64,000 bases of DNA from Candidatus Izemoplasmataceae bacterium (GCA_046541015.1 JBKHEA010000004.1:1-64000), one strand, 5' to 3'. Shown: positions 38,918-49,852, counted from the stretch's first letter. The notes: a model not told the origin generated them from the sequence alone. A program made the numbers and translations.

Positions 38918-39478
38918 ATGGTTCATTATTTTTTAAACTACAAAAAATTTATTCCAAATGATCATGTAGATCATGTTTTTGATATCGACTTTAAAGCACT
39001 TTATCAAAGAGGTATTCGTTTATTACTTATTGATTTAGATAATACGCTTATTCCTTATGATGAAATCTTACCTAATCAGTCTTTAAAAGATTTTTTTAAA
39101 AGTTTAATTGCATTAGGTTTTGAAACGGTAATCGTTTCAAACAATCATTATGAACGCATAAATATTTTTGCGACAGCTTGTAATGTTCCTTTTGTTAGTA
39201 GTGCTAAGAAACCAACAAAGTTTGGCTTTAAAAGTGCCTTAAAAAAGGTAGAAAAAACATATAAAAAAGAAGAAGTTTGTGTCATTGGAGATCAACTGAT
39301 GACAGATATTTTTGGTTCAAAGCGTATGGGCTTTGAAGCGATACTAGTAAAACCTATTAAGAAAAAAACTGAGAAATGGTATACCAAACTAAACCGTAAA
39401 ATTGAAGATAAAATGCTTGATAAAATCAAGAAGAAATCTCCAGTTCAGTATAATCAATTAAATTTAGGAGGAAGATAA
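38918..39478 (+). CDS. yqeG: YqeG-family HAD-IIIA phosphatase
   Basis: LLIDLDNTL HAD motif I; gene order. Confidence 0.75.
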   Translation: MVHYFLNYKKFIPNDHVDHVFDIDFKALYQRGIRLLLIDLDNTLIPYDEILPNQSLKDFFKSLIALGFETVIVSNNHYERINIFATACNVPFVSSAKKPTKFGFKSALKKVEKTYKKEEVCVIGDQLMTDIFGSKRMGFEAILVKPIKKKTEKWYTKLNRKIEDKMLDKIKKKSPVQYNQLNLGGR

Positions 39479-39479
39479 C

Positions 39480-40565
39480 ATGGAAAAAGCATGTATTGGT
39501 TGTGGTGGTCTTTTACAAAATGACGATAAAAATCGTCCCTTTTATACCCCAAAACCTATTTTAGAAAGTGATTACTGCCAACGTTGTTATAAGATGATTC
39601 ATTATAATGAAATCATTCCTTCAAGTTTAAATGAAGAAGATTATCAAAAAATGATAGAACATATTGCCTTAAAAAAAGCTTTTATTGTTATGGTCGTTGA
39701 TTTATTCGATTTAGAAGGATCAATCATGCCACAACTTTCTAAACTCACAGCACATAAAGAAACATTAGTAATAGCAAACAAACTTGATTTATTGCCCAAA
39801 TCAGTAAACCCATCTAAATTAAGACACCGTGTATTAAAAAGACTACATGAAAATGATATTAAACCCGTTGATATTATTTTAACGAGTGCTAAAAAACGAT
39901 ATCAAATTGATGCGATTATTGAAAAAATATTTGAATACAGTAATGGGTTAGATACCTATATTGTTGGGGCTACAAATGTTGGAAAAAGCACACTAATTAA
40001 CGCGTTTTTACAAGCTTCATTAATGAAAAACGAGACGTTTATTACAACCTCAAATGTACGCGGAACGACACAAGGATTTATTGAAATTCCATTTGAAGAT
40101 CACCGCTTAATCGATACACCGGGATTATTTAATAAAAACCATATTGCAAAGTTATTAAGTGATGCTTCATACCTTAAGCTTCAACCCAAAAAAGAAATAA
40201 AACCTCAAGTCTTTCAGTTAAATCCTCATCAAAGCTTATGGTTTAGCGGGTTAGCACGTATGGATTTCTTAGAAGGTGAAGGGACTAGTTTTATTGTCTA
40301 TGCCTCACCAGATTTAAAAATTCATCGTCAAAAAACAGAAAATACTAAAGAGTTTTTTGAAAAACATCGTTATGGCTTGCTCGATTTGCCTAAAGAAAAT
40401 GATCCTTACTTACCCTTTAAAAATCATGCCTTTAGACTTAAAAAAACCGAAAAATTTGACATCGTTATTCCTGGATTACTCTTTATTTCTATAAAAGGTA
40501 ATGCATCAATTCGTATATTATCACCAGAAGGTGTGATTCCATATAAACGAGAGGCGTTAATCTAA
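39480..40565 (+). CDS. yqeH: Ribosome biogenesis GTPase YqeH
   Basis: N-terminal CxGC...CQRC zinc ribbon; circularly permuted GTPase motifs NKLDLL...GATNVGKST. Confidence 0.85.
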   Translation: MEKACIGCGGLLQNDDKNRPFYTPKPILESDYCQRCYKMIHYNEIIPSSLNEEDYQKMIEHIALKKAFIVMVVDLFDLEGSIMPQLSKLTAHKETLVIANKLDLLPKSVNPSKLRHRVLKRLHENDIKPVDIILTSAKKRYQIDAIIEKIFEYSNGLDTYIVGATNVGKSTLINAFLQASLMKNETFITTSNVRGTTQGFIEIPFEDHRLIDTPGLFNKNHIAKLLSDASYLKLQPKKEIKPQVFQLNPHQSLWFSGLARMDFLEGEGTSFIVYASPDLKIHRQKTENTKEFFEKHRYGLLDLPKENDPYLPFKNHAFRLKKTEKFDIVIPGLLFISIKGNASIRILSPEGVIPYKREALI

Positions 40566-41140
40566 TGCATGAAACTATTTTAGCGGACTTAAAAAAAGCT
40601 TATTTAGGAAGAAGCGACCGCTTAAATCACGTTTATGGTGTAAAAAACACCGCCATTAAACTTGCAAAAATTCATGGCGTTGATATCAATAAAGTTATCA
40701 CAGCAGCTTATTTACATGATTTAACAAAATACATGGATTATGATAAACAAGTTGAATTACTAAAAGCCCATAACCTTGAAAATCTCATTGATTCATTTAG
40801 CCCACCCCTATACCATGCATTCACTGCTGCAATCATCGCAAAGACAGTGTATAATATACATGATATCGATCTTTTAAATGCGATCACATCCCACACGGTT
40901 GGTAAAAGCAATATGAGTATACTTGAGAAAATTATCTTCATCAGTGATTATATTGAACCTTCAAGGCATTATGCATCGTGTGTTATGGTTAGAGAAATTG
41001 CGTTTAACGATTTAGATTATGCTATATACTTAGCGATTGATTATTCAATTAAGTATTTTGAATCTATTGGTGGCCGCATTCCTAGCGTTGCGATAGACGC
41101 AAGAAACTTTTACAATCCTAAAGGAGGATTTCATGAGTAA
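40565..41140 (+). CDS. yqeK: HD-domain Ap4A hydrolase YqeK
   Basis: The HD motif ...YLHDLTKY... Confidence 0.75.
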   Translation: MHETILADLKKAYLGRSDRLNHVYGVKNTAIKLAKIHGVDINKVITAAYLHDLTKYMDYDKQVELLKAHNLENLIDSFSPPLYHAFTAAIIAKTVYNIHDIDLLNAITSHTVGKSNMSILEKIIFISDYIEPSRHYASCVMVREIAFNDLDYAIYLAIDYSIKYFESIGGRIPSVAIDARNFYNPKGGFHE

Positions 41141-41471
41141 AATTAATATCATTATTAACAGTCTAGAATCATTAAAACTTGAAGACATCATTATTTATGA
41201 TATGCGTACAAAAAGCCCATTTTTCGATTATTTTATTTTATCTACTGCCTCAAATTCACGTCAACTTCAAGCCTCACTTAGCCATTTGAAAGAAGATTTA
41301 ACTAAAGCTGGGTATGATATACCAAGTTTTGAAGGCACCCATTCAAATAGCTGGGTTTTAGTGGATGCACAAGATGTGATTGTAAATATTTTCACAAAAG
41401 AAGACCGATTATTTTATAATATCGAAAAAATGTGGCTAGATATTCCTCAAGTTTCACCCAATGATTTATGA
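41133..41471 (+). CDS. rsfS: Ribosomal silencing factor RsfS (iojap)
   Basis: Length 112 aa, sequence pattern, and gene order. Confidence 0.75.
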   Translation: MSKINIIINSLESLKLEDIIIYDMRTKSPFFDYFILSTASNSRQLQASLSHLKEDLTKAGYDIPSFEGTHSNSWVLVDAQDVIVNIFTKEDRLFYNIEKMWLDIPQVSPNDL

Positions 41472-42127
41472 GTTATAACCTATTAGCTAAATATTATGAC
41501 GCAATCATAGATGATGCCCTTTATGCTTTTTACCTTGATGTCGTTGAACAGTATTGCCCTAACTGTAAGATTTTAGAGTTAGGCTGTGGGACAGCTTATA
41601 TATCACGTGAACTGGCAAAAAAAGGCTATAATATTACTGCGGTAGATCAAAGTGAAGCCATGTTAGAGTTCGCAAGTTTATATGCTGCAGTAGAAGGTGT
41701 CAATATTACTTTTTATCAACATGATATGCATGAGCCTTTGCCTTTAATGTTCGATTTAATCTTAATGCCTATTGATGTGATTAATCATGCAACCTCTTTA
41801 GATGCAATGAAAAAGATCTTTCACCATGTGTATGAAGCCTTAAATCCTAAAGGAACCTTTATTTTTGATGTTTTAGATTGTGATTATATTGCCAAACTCA
41901 TCGGCCATGAAGAAACGATTAATGTTGATCAAGATACGATTAAATGGCGTGTAGATGAAGGGAATAAGCCATGCAGTTTATTGCACACCGTTGAAACGAG
42001 TGATTCAAAGGATTCTCATCAAATTAGAAGTTACCCATTTGATGTCATTGAAAAAGCATTCAACTTATTTAGTGTTCACGATAAAATTGTTTTAGAAGAC
42101 CGTATCATTTATGTGTTAAAAAAATAA
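41468..42127 (+). CDS. Class I SAM-dependent methyltransferase (YqeM-like)
   Basis: ILELGCGTAY motif I; gene order. Confidence 0.65.
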   Translation: MSYNLLAKYYDAIIDDALYAFYLDVVEQYCPNCKILELGCGTAYISRELAKKGYNITAVDQSEAMLEFASLYAAVEGVNITFYQHDMHEPLPLMFDLILMPIDVINHATSLDAMKKIFHHVYEALNPKGTFIFDVLDCDYIAKLIGHEETINVDQDTIKWRVDEGNKPCSLLHTVETSDSKDSHQIRSYPFDVIEKAFNLFSVHDKIVLEDRIIYVLKK

Positions 42128-42154
42128 AATCATCATGATGATGATTTTTTTTAT
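42125..42154 (+). terminator. Terminator after the yqe operon (atcatcatgatgatgat + T8)
   Basis: Perfect 17-bp palindrome plus a T-run. Confidence 0.65.
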
Positions 42155-42209
42155 TAAAAAGAAAAGTATAGTCACTCTTCTTATATATTAAGTAAAGAGG
42201 AGTGAAACC

Positions 42210-42755
42210 ATGAAAAAATATCAATTACCACTTTTAGTCATTGTAATTTTGATTTTTCTAGTGCTTGCGTTTATTTTAAACTTAAAAGAAGAAGTTGTTG
42301 CCGAACATTATCCAACCTTTAGTGAATCACCCTCCCCTAGTGAAAGCTATATTTATGTTGATATTAAAGGTGAGGTAAAAAAACCAGGTGTTTATAAAGT
42401 GCTCAATCATACAAGGTTATTTCAACTCATCACTTTAGCGGGAGGGTTTACAGATTTGGCTAATCAAAATGAAGTAAATTTATCACAAACTTTACTCGAT
42501 GAAGCCACGATTTATGTCCCAAGTCTAACAAGTGAAGATGAGGAAAATCAAGATCAAAACCAAACGCTTATTTCTGTTAGTAAAGCAGATAAAGAAACAT
42601 TGATGACACTACCTAATATAGGTGAACAAACGGCATTAAAAATTATTGCTTATCGAAATGAGCATGGGGCCTTTAAAACCATCGATGAGTTATTAAATGT
42701 TAAAGGTATTGGAGAGGCTACGCTTGAGAGTATCAAACCTTTTATCACCCCTTAA
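42210..42755 (+). CDS. comEA: Competence protein ComEA (SLBB + tandem HhH)
   Basis: N-terminal TM and the C-terminal LPNIGEQTALKIIAYR...IDELLNVKGIGEATLESI HhH motifs. Confidence 0.8.
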   Translation: MKKYQLPLLVIVILIFLVLAFILNLKEEVVAEHYPTFSESPSPSESYIYVDIKGEVKKPGVYKVLNHTRLFQLITLAGGFTDLANQNEVNLSQTLLDEATIYVPSLTSEDEENQDQNQTLISVSKADKETLMTLPNIGEQTALKIIAYRNEHGAFKTIDELLNVKGIGEATLESIKPFITP

Positions 42756-44787
42756 AGGTCAAATAGAATGGGTTATTTTACTGGTCGTTATCTTATTTAT
42801 TAGTTTTCATTATCCATTATTTTATATCGTTTTAATCTTTATGTTTATAAAGATCTATACGCTTGATAAGAAGTTATGTTTACTGAGTTTGTTGATCAGT
42901 GCTTTGATAATGATTCGCTTTTATAATACCGAAACCATTGAGCCAAACTTAAATCAAGATGCAATCATTTTAAGCCGCGATGATAAAAATGGTCGTTACT
43001 TAGTAAAAAGTAACGTAAAGTTTTATCTTTATGTGGATGAAGATTTAATCTATGATGTGGGTGATACTTTAAATATTAGAGGCTCAATTAACGATCAAAA
43101 AGTGAAGACTTTTCCTTATGAATTTGATGCGAGTAGGTATCAATTAAGTTTAAATATTCATGGTTCAGTCACGGCTATAACGCTTAAAAAAACGGGTGAA
43201 CAGTTTACGATTTATCGATTAAAAGATTATGTTCATAGATATATAGAAGAACATTTTGATAAGGCAAAACCTTATATTAAAACATTTATTCTAGCCGATA
43301 AAACGGATTTTCAAGAAGAAACTAAAGAGGCAATTTCTTCTTTAGGAGTAGCGCATTTATTTGCGGTCTCTGGGCTGCATATTTCATTTGTGGCTATTAC
43401 CTTATTTAAGGGCTTAGGTTTTTTTAAGTTTAAAGAAGGGACTAAGTATTTATTTTTAAGCATCGTATTAATAATTTACTTAATTCTTACAGCCTTTTCA
43501 CCAAGTATTTTAAGAGCATCAATCATGGTTATTTTGTTGTGGCTTAACAAAAAATTTAGTCTTAATTTTACACCATTTGATCTAATCAGTATTTTATGTA
43601 TTGGCTTTTTAATCGTTAACCCTTATTATATTTATCAATCCGGGTTTATTTTAACCTTTTTAGTTAGTGGTACACTTTTATTAAGTCAGCCCTTTTTAAA
43701 GCATCATTCGAAGTTAATGCAGTCATTGATTGTTAGTTTGATTGCGTATTTAATTACTTTACCAATTATCACTAATTTTACTTTTACCATTGCGCCGATG
43801 ACCATCATTTTTAATTTAATATTTGTACCTTATACAATGTTTTTTCTTTTACCCATTGGTTACTTAACATTTTTTATGCCGTTTTTAGAACCACTTTATG
43901 CATTCATTATATTAGGGTTTGAAGGGTTGCTTTATTTAAGCGCTGATTATTTTTATGTTGGCATACCTGCTTATTTTGCTCATCCTTTATTAAGTTTTAT
44001 GTTTTATCCGCTCTTTTACCTTGTTTTAAAACATAAGCATCATCTAAAACCAAAACTTATATTATTTTTGTATGTAGCGCTTATTATATTAGTCCCTAAA
44101 CTAAATTTCACACAAGAAGTTACGTTTTTTAATGTAATCGGTGATAGTATCTTGATAAGAGATGCCTTTGATCGCTGTAATGTATTAATTGATACAGGGT
44201 CAACTTACAGTGAATATCAGCTCATTAACACTTTAAAAAGTAAACAGATTAATCGCTTAGATGTTTTGTTTATCAGTCACTTTCATGAAGACCATTATGG
44301 CGCTTATGAAGCTCTTTCAAAAGCAATTAAGATTGAGGATGTAATTAGTTATGATGCTTACCATCCCAAAATTCATTGTGGCGCGTTTTCGTTTATTATC
44401 TATAAGTTGCCATTTAGCGAAAATGTTAACAATCAAGGGATTATCATCAAGGCATTAATCAATCAAGAGACATATTTATTTACCGGTGATATAGAGTTAG
44501 AAGCCGAATTAATGGCTATTGAACACTATGAATTATCAAGCGATTATTTAAAAGTTGCCCATCATGGATCAAATACATCAACGAGTGAACCATTCTTAAA
44601 TGCAGTCAAACCAAAAGAAGCCGTAATTAGTGTTCATAAAAATAACCGATTTAATCATCCTGATGATGCAGTTATTAATCGCTTAAATCAATATCAGATT
44701 ATCACCCATCGAACGGATTTAGAAGGGACGATATCCTTTGTTTATATTTTTGATAAACGTGTTAAAAAAACACTCTTAAAGCCTTAA
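42697..44787 (+). CDS. comEC: DNA internalization channel ComEC/Rec2 with a C-terminal metallo-beta-lactamase domain
   Basis: Polytopic competence domain; ...SHFHEDHYGA... MBL motif. The start is uncertain (in-frame alternatives at 42697 or 42841). Confidence 0.8.
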   Translation: MLKVLERLRLRVSNLLSPLKGQIEWVILLVVILFISFHYPLFYIVLIFMFIKIYTLDKKLCLLSLLISALIMIRFYNTETIEPNLNQDAIILSRDDKNGRYLVKSNVKFYLYVDEDLIYDVGDTLNIRGSINDQKVKTFPYEFDASRYQLSLNIHGSVTAITLKKTGEQFTIYRLKDYVHRYIEEHFDKAKPYIKTFILADKTDFQEETKEAISSLGVAHLFAVSGLHISFVAITLFKGLGFFKFKEGTKYLFLSIVLIIYLILTAFSPSILRASIMVILLWLNKKFSLNFTPFDLISILCIGFLIVNPYYIYQSGFILTFLVSGTLLLSQPFLKHHSKLMQSLIVSLIAYLITLPIITNFTFTIAPMTIIFNLIFVPYTMFFLLPIGYLTFFMPFLEPLYAFIILGFEGLLYLSADYFYVGIPAYFAHPLLSFMFYPLFYLVLKHKHHLKPKLILFLYVALIILVPKLNFTQEVTFFNVIGDSILIRDAFDRCNVLIDTGSTYSEYQLINTLKSKQINRLDVLFISHFHEDHYGAYEALSKAIKIEDVISYDAYHPKIHCGAFSFIIYKLPFSENVNNQGIIIKALINQETYLFTGDIELEAELMAIEHYELSSDYLKVAHHGSNTSTSEPFLNAVKPKEAVISVHKNNRFNHPDDAVINRLNQYQIITHRTDLEGTISFVYIFDKRVKKTLLKP

Positions 44788-44818
44788 CCTATGCTATAAT
44801 GGGATAGAGGTGATATGG

Positions 44819-45781
44819 GTGAATGAACAAATAATCCTGTTTTATGGTGAAGATACCTTTTATATTAAATCTAAAATAAACCAACTCATTAAACAATATG
44901 AGGTTGATGAATATAATTTAGCATCTTACGACTTAGATGATGTTGCGATAACCGATGCGATTAATGATGCTTTAACGATTCCATTTATGAGTGATAAAAA
45001 GATTGTCATTGCTCAAAACGCACGATTCTTAGGCAATGAAAAATTAAAAAAAGCGATTGATCACGACTTAGATTTACTGGCAAATTACTTAAATAATCCT
45101 TCAGAAGAAACGATATTTATTCTAACAGCACCAATTGCTAGATTAGATGAACGTAAAGCCATTACGAAGTTATTAAAAAAACATAAAGTCGTTGAATGTA
45201 AATTAAAATCTGGACAGGATTTAGTAAGTTGGGCAAAAAGACAAATCGGTAATCAATCGATGAGTATTGCCGATGATGCTCTTGATGAATTTATTAAGCG
45301 TGTTAAACATTCTACAGAGTTTGCCTATTTAGAAATGCGAAAGCTTTTATTATATGCACATGACCTTGAGCATATTGATCTAAATATTATAAAAAAAGTG
45401 ATTACGAAAAATGTTGAAGATAATGTTTATGAAATTACCAATGCCTTATTAGAACGCAATCATAAAAAAGCATTAGAAGTTTATCATGATTTAATTTTGT
45501 ACAGTGAAGATCCCCTAAGAATTCTTAGTACCCTTATTAATAAATACCGTGAAATGTTACATGTTAGAACCCTTTTAGATTTAGGGAAGACACAAAGTGA
45601 TATCCAATCAGCTTTTGAAGTAAGTAGTGGGCGTGCTTATTATATGGTTCAAAACGCCAAAACGGCACGGCTTGATCAAATCAAAGAATATCTTTCGCAT
45701 TTAGAAAAACTTGATTATCATATTAAAATAGGACGTATTGATAAAAAAATCGCTTTAGAATTATTTATTTTAAGTACATAA
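44819..45781 (+). CDS. holA: DNA polymerase III delta subunit
   Basis: About 320 aa; position after comEC as in Bacillus yqeN; probable GTG start after the GGGATAGAGGTGA ribosome-binding site. Confidence 0.7.
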   Translation: MNEQIILFYGEDTFYIKSKINQLIKQYEVDEYNLASYDLDDVAITDAINDALTIPFMSDKKIVIAQNARFLGNEKLKKAIDHDLDLLANYLNNPSEETIFILTAPIARLDERKAITKLLKKHKVVECKLKSGQDLVSWAKRQIGNQSMSIADDALDEFIKRVKHSTEFAYLEMRKLLLYAHDLEHIDLNIIKKVITKNVEDNVYEITNALLERNHKKALEVYHDLILYSEDPLRILSTLINKYREMLHVRTLLDLGKTQSDIQSAFEVSSGRAYYMVQNAKTARLDQIKEYLSHLEKLDYHIKIGRIDKKIALELFILST

Positions 45782-45783
45782 AT

Positions 45784-45822
45784 AAAAAAACATGGAAAAA
45801 TAAGCTTTTTCCATGTTTTTTT
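45784..45822. terminator. Bidirectional terminator between holA and rpsT
   Basis: aaaaacatggaaaaa-taagc-tttttccatgttttt. Confidence 0.65.
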
Positions 45823-45844
45823 ATAAGATCTTATAGGGTTTAAT

Positions 45845-46105
45845 TTATAATGAATTCACGAGTTTCGCTAAACGTGATTTGTGTCTAGCAACAAAGTTTT
45901 TGTGGTGTACGCCTTTAGAAAGCGCTTTGTCAAGTTTTTGGTTGGCGTTGTTTAAAGCAGTAAGGGCAGCTTCCTTATCGTTTTCAGCTACAGCACCTTC
46001 GACTTTTTTCATTGCACGTTTTAAACTAGATTTCACGATCATATTCGCTTGACGACGTTTTTCATCTGTTTTAACACGTTTGATTTGTTGTTTGATATTT
46101 GCCAT
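45845..46105 (-). CDS. rpsT: 30S ribosomal protein S20
   Basis: MANIKQQIKRVKTDEKRRQAN... Confidence 0.9.
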   Translation of the reverse strand: MANIKQQIKRVKTDEKRRQANMIVKSSLKRAMKKVEGAVAENDKEAALTALNNANQKLDKALSKGVHHKNFVARHKSRLAKLVNSL

Positions 46106-46352
46106 TTTTTCACCTCCGTATCATAAGCGATATAATTGTATCAAAAAGCGTTTTAAAAAGCAACTATTATTCGTTTTAAATCAAGATTTTAAAGACAACT
46201 ATAACCTTGAAAAATACCGTTTATTATGACAAAGCTTTTTGAATTTAAGCTGATTTTTAGACTATCTAAAAAAAGCGTTAATTTTTCATGATTGATATCA
46301 TAATACGTGTCTTTTAACGACTACTTTGTTATAATGTTTTAGAGGTGATACG

Positions 46353-47213
46353 ATGGAATTTATTAAATTAGGACAAAATTATATTTTTAACGTGGTAGGG
46401 GTTAGCGATGATGGATACATTTTACGCTATCAAAACGTCACCTTGAAAATGCCAAAATCCGAAAGTGAAACCACACTTAAAGTTGGGGATTTTGTCGATG
46501 GATTTGTATTTATTGATCAATCAAAAGAAATTACAGTGACCACAAAAAAACCGCTGATAGACGCATTTCATGCAGGGTTGGTTGAAGTGGTTGAAGTTAA
46601 AGAAGGTCTAGGCGTCTTTGTTGATGTAGGTTTATCTAAAGATATGTTGGTTTCTAAAGATGATTTACCTTTTATGAAACAAGAGTGGCCACAAATAGGC
46701 GATCACTTGTTTTGTTATTTAAAAGGCGGTAAAAACCAAATCATTGCTAGATTGGTTAGTCGTTTTAGAATGAAAGAATATTTTAAGCCTGAATCTCCGC
46801 TTGAATTAAACGAAACGGTAAGTGCCTACGTATTTTATATAACTGATGAAGGGTTTGTTTTATTTACAGAAAGTGGTCATGAGATTTTTGTATTTTATAA
46901 AAATACCCGTAATCAACTTAGATTAGGCGAAAAAGTTGATGTTTTAATTACGGTTAAAAAAGACGACCGTCATTATAACGGGACCCTCAATTTACAAAAA
47001 GAGTTGATCATTTCTGATGATGCAACACGGATTTTAGAGTATTTACAAAAACATGATGGTGTTATGTCTTTTACAGATAAAAGTAGCCCTGAGGATATTT
47101 TTAAAACCTTTAATATGAGTAAAGCAAGTTTTAAACGTGCCTTAGGTAGTTTATATAAAAACCAACAAGTTCAACTAGAAAAAACTAAAACTATTTTAGT
47201 TAAAAAAGATTGA
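46353..47213 (+). CDS. cvfB: CvfB/YitL-family S1-like RNA-binding protein
   Basis: Three S1-like segments plus a C-terminal winged helix. Confidence 0.7.
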   Translation: MEFIKLGQNYIFNVVGVSDDGYILRYQNVTLKMPKSESETTLKVGDFVDGFVFIDQSKEITVTTKKPLIDAFHAGLVEVVEVKEGLGVFVDVGLSKDMLVSKDDLPFMKQEWPQIGDHLFCYLKGGKNQIIARLVSRFRMKEYFKPESPLELNETVSAYVFYITDEGFVLFTESGHEIFVFYKNTRNQLRLGEKVDVLITVKKDDRHYNGTLNLQKELIISDDATRILEYLQKHDGVMSFTDKSSPEDIFKTFNMSKASFKRALGSLYKNQQVQLEKTKTILVKKD

Positions 47214-47272
47214 AAAATAAAGGGTTTACGATTATAATACCACTAGATTTTTAATAGAAATGGATGAATAAT

Positions 47273-48004
47273 ATGGGAAGAAAATTTGAAGTAAGAAAAG
47301 CTTCGATGATGAAAACGGGATTAATGAAAAGTAAACTCTATTCTCGTTTTGGTAAAGAAATCTATGTAACTGCACGTAATGGCGGCGCAAATCCTGAATC
47401 CAATTTAGCCTTAAAACATTTAATTGAACGTGCTAAAAAACAACAAGTTCCTATGGATATAATCAAACGTAATATTGATAAAGCCGAAGGGGCTGGTGGC
47501 GAAGAATACCACGCGATTCGTTATGAAGGCTTTGGGCCATCAGGGAGTAGTTTTATCGTTGATACCCTTACTGATAATGTAAACCGTACCGTCAGTGAAG
47601 TGCGTAATTGTTTTACAAAGATTGGATCGAAAATGGGTGTATCGGGTTCTGTTGAACATATGTATAACCACTTAAGTTATATCACTGTAAGTGGGGTTGA
47701 TAGTGAAGCATTACTTGAATTATTACTTGAAGCCGATATTGAAATTCAAGATTTAGAAGAAACCACTGATGGGGTTGAAATCACAGGAAAAGGCTATGAT
47801 TTAGATAAGATTGAAACCGTATTAAGTGATGTTTCAGAAGCTAAGGTTGTAAGTAGTGAATCTGGTTGGTATCCAATGGAAACGATTACTTTAACAGGTG
47901 AAGACTTAGAAAAATATCATAAATTTATGGACATGATTAACGATTTAGATGATGTCCAAAACGTTTATGATAATGTTCAAGTTGAAGATGAAGACAATGA
48001 ATAA
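47273..48004 (+). CDS. YebC/PmpR-family regulator (YeeN subgroup)
   Basis: MGRKFEVRKA... and YEGFGPSGSSFIVDTLTDNVNRT closely parallel Bacillus YeeN. Confidence 0.85.
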   Translation: MGRKFEVRKASMMKTGLMKSKLYSRFGKEIYVTARNGGANPESNLALKHLIERAKKQQVPMDIIKRNIDKAEGAGGEEYHAIRYEGFGPSGSSFIVDTLTDNVNRTVSEVRNCFTKIGSKMGVSGSVEHMYNHLSYITVSGVDSEALLELLLEADIEIQDLEETTDGVEITGKGYDLDKIETVLSDVSEAKVVSSESGWYPMETITLTGEDLEKYHKFMDMINDLDDVQNVYDNVQVEDEDNE

Positions 48005-48006
48005 AT

Positions 48007-48030
48007 AAAAAACTCATTTTGAGTTTTTTT
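48007..48030 (+). terminator. Terminator after the yebC-like gene
   Basis: aaaaactca-tttt-gagttttt + T-run. Confidence 0.6.
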
Positions 48031-48043
48031 TGTAGGTGATTAG

Positions 48044-49222
48044 ATGAATAAACCAATTATTATTACACTAAGTTATGTTTTTATTCAAGCTGTTTTACAT
48101 AATTTAGGTCATGTTATTACCCCAGTATATGTGAATCAATATGATATACCTAGTTATATGTTTGGCTTTTTCTTTTCAGCTATGAGTTTAGGTTTACTTA
48201 TTGGGGCACCTATTTGGGGTGTTTTAGGGGATCAAAGAAATCAAAAACCGTTAATATTTTTAGGGCTTATTGGGTATAGCATTGGGCAAGTTTTATTTGT
48301 CAGTACGACAAATTTATTTCTCATGACCTTTTTCCGCTTTTTTTCTGGATTTAGTGTATCTGCAGCCATTACACTTATTTTGTCTCAACTTATCAATTTA
48401 AGTCCTAATGAACGCCGCGCTACTTATTTAACGATGCATGCGGCTTTATTTGCCTTTGGGACAACAATCGGGTATAAACTTGGTGGGGTTTTAGGTGATT
48501 ATTTTATTAAGGAAGTCTTTTATGTACAAGCAGTGCTTAATATTTTTTATGCATTTTATGTCTTTTTTACATTTAAAGAGTTACTTAGAAGTGAAACCCA
48601 TAAAAAAGAATCCTTTATTAAAGGGTTAAAAGATGTCTCAAAGATGGATTCAAGTTTACTCATATTTTTACTTGCGCTGACCCTTGCAACCACTAGTGCA
48701 ACCATTTTACAACGTTACTTGGATGTCTTTGTAACAGTTGATTTAAATAAAAGTCCTAACGAACTTGGTGATTTGGTCCTTGTAACAGGTGTTGTTGGAG
48801 CGATTACAAATTTTATTATCGTTCCATTACTCTTAAAATTAAAAAAAGATTATACGATTATGAAATGGCTACAAATATTATCAGCCATCACGATTTTTAT
48901 TGTCTTTCGAAGTGAAAGAATTATTATTGCGCTTTATACAGGGTATATGTTTTATATCGTCTTAAAAAGTATCTTTCAGCCTCTCGAACAAAACTATATT
49001 TCCTTAAGTGCTAGAGGGGAAAAGTATGGTGCGATAATGGGTGTAAGACAAGCGTTTTTTTCATTCGGTATGGTTTTAGGTCCTTTAATTGCAGGCTTTT
49101 TATATGACTATAATCCGATTTTAGTTTTTGATGTTTCGGCTGTCATGTTTATCTTAGCATTCTTTTTACTTTTAATGAGTCAAAAGTCTTTAAAACGCAG
49201 AAAAGATTTACAGCATTTATAA
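48044..49222 (+). CDS. MFS transporter
   Basis: 12-TM pattern with a GxLxDRxGxK-like GVLGDQRNQKP loop. Confidence 0.7.
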   Translation: MNKPIIITLSYVFIQAVLHNLGHVITPVYVNQYDIPSYMFGFFFSAMSLGLLIGAPIWGVLGDQRNQKPLIFLGLIGYSIGQVLFVSTTNLFLMTFFRFFSGFSVSAAITLILSQLINLSPNERRATYLTMHAALFAFGTTIGYKLGGVLGDYFIKEVFYVQAVLNIFYAFYVFFTFKELLRSETHKKESFIKGLKDVSKMDSSLLIFLLALTLATTSATILQRYLDVFVTVDLNKSPNELGDLVLVTGVVGAITNFIIVPLLLKLKKDYTIMKWLQILSAITIFIVFRSERIIIALYTGYMFYIVLKSIFQPLEQNYISLSARGEKYGAIMGVRQAFFSFGMVLGPLIAGFLYDYNPILVFDVSAVMFILAFFLLLMSQKSLKRRKDLQHL

Positions 49223-49228
49223 GAAATG

Positions 49229-49254
49229 AGTCAAGCAAATAGGCTTGACTTTTT
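49229..49254 (+). terminator. Terminator after the MFS gene
   Basis: agtcaagc-aaatag-gcttgact + T-run. Confidence 0.55.
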
Positions 49255-49303
49255 GTTGTTAGAAAGTCCTTAACATGCTATAATTACTCTTGAGGTGAAT
49301 AAA

Positions 49304-49852
49304 ATGAATCTACCGAATAAATTATCGTTTGTCCGTGTTTTTATTATTCCAGTTATTGTGATTATTTATTATCTAGACCCAGAAAAATTAACCTTAAATC
49401 TTTATAGTTATTTAATCGGAGCTTTATTTGTCGTTGCGTCGATTACAGACTATCTAGATGGTTATATTGCTAGAAAAAATAACTTAGTGACAACTTTTGG
49501 AAAGTTTATTGATCCACTTGCGGACAAACTGCTTGTAATGACAGCGTTACTTATCTTCCAAGAATTAGCCTTGATTCCTATGTGGGCAGTCTTGGTAATC
49601 TTAACAAGAGAGTTTATTGTTACAGGGATTAGACTTGTTTCAAGTGGTGAGGGTACTGTAATTGCTGCAAGCAAGCTTGGTAAATATAAAACTGCATCAA
49701 CCATGGTTGCTTTAACCTTATTATTCTTTAGATTTAATGATATCATTTTAACAACAGGCCTTGTTATTTTTTATATCGGTGTAACCTTAACTGTTGTTTC
49801 AGGAATAGATTATTTTATTAAAAATAAAGAACCACTTTTAAAATCGAAGTAA
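49304..49852 (+). CDS. pgsA: CDP-diacylglycerol--glycerol-3-phosphate 3-phosphatidyltransferase
   Basis: MNLPNKLSFVR and the CDP-alcohol phosphatidyltransferase D-x2-DG-x2-AR...G...D motif (DYLDGYIARK...DPLADK). Confidence 0.85.
   Translation: MNLPNKLSFVRVFIIPVIVIIYYLDPEKLTLNLYSYLIGALFVVASITDYLDGYIARKNNLVTTFGKFIDPLADKLLVMTALLIFQELALIPMWAVLVILTREFIVTGIRLVSSGEGTVIAASKLGKYKTASTMVALTLLFFRFNDIILTTGLVIFYIGVTLTVVSGIDYFIKNKEPLLKSK

Noticed and set aside
42697-42755. 59-nt comEA/comEC overlap as a possible programmed frameshift
   Set aside because: An in-frame alternative start exists at 42841, and comEA ends normally. The overlap is most likely a start-site artefact.
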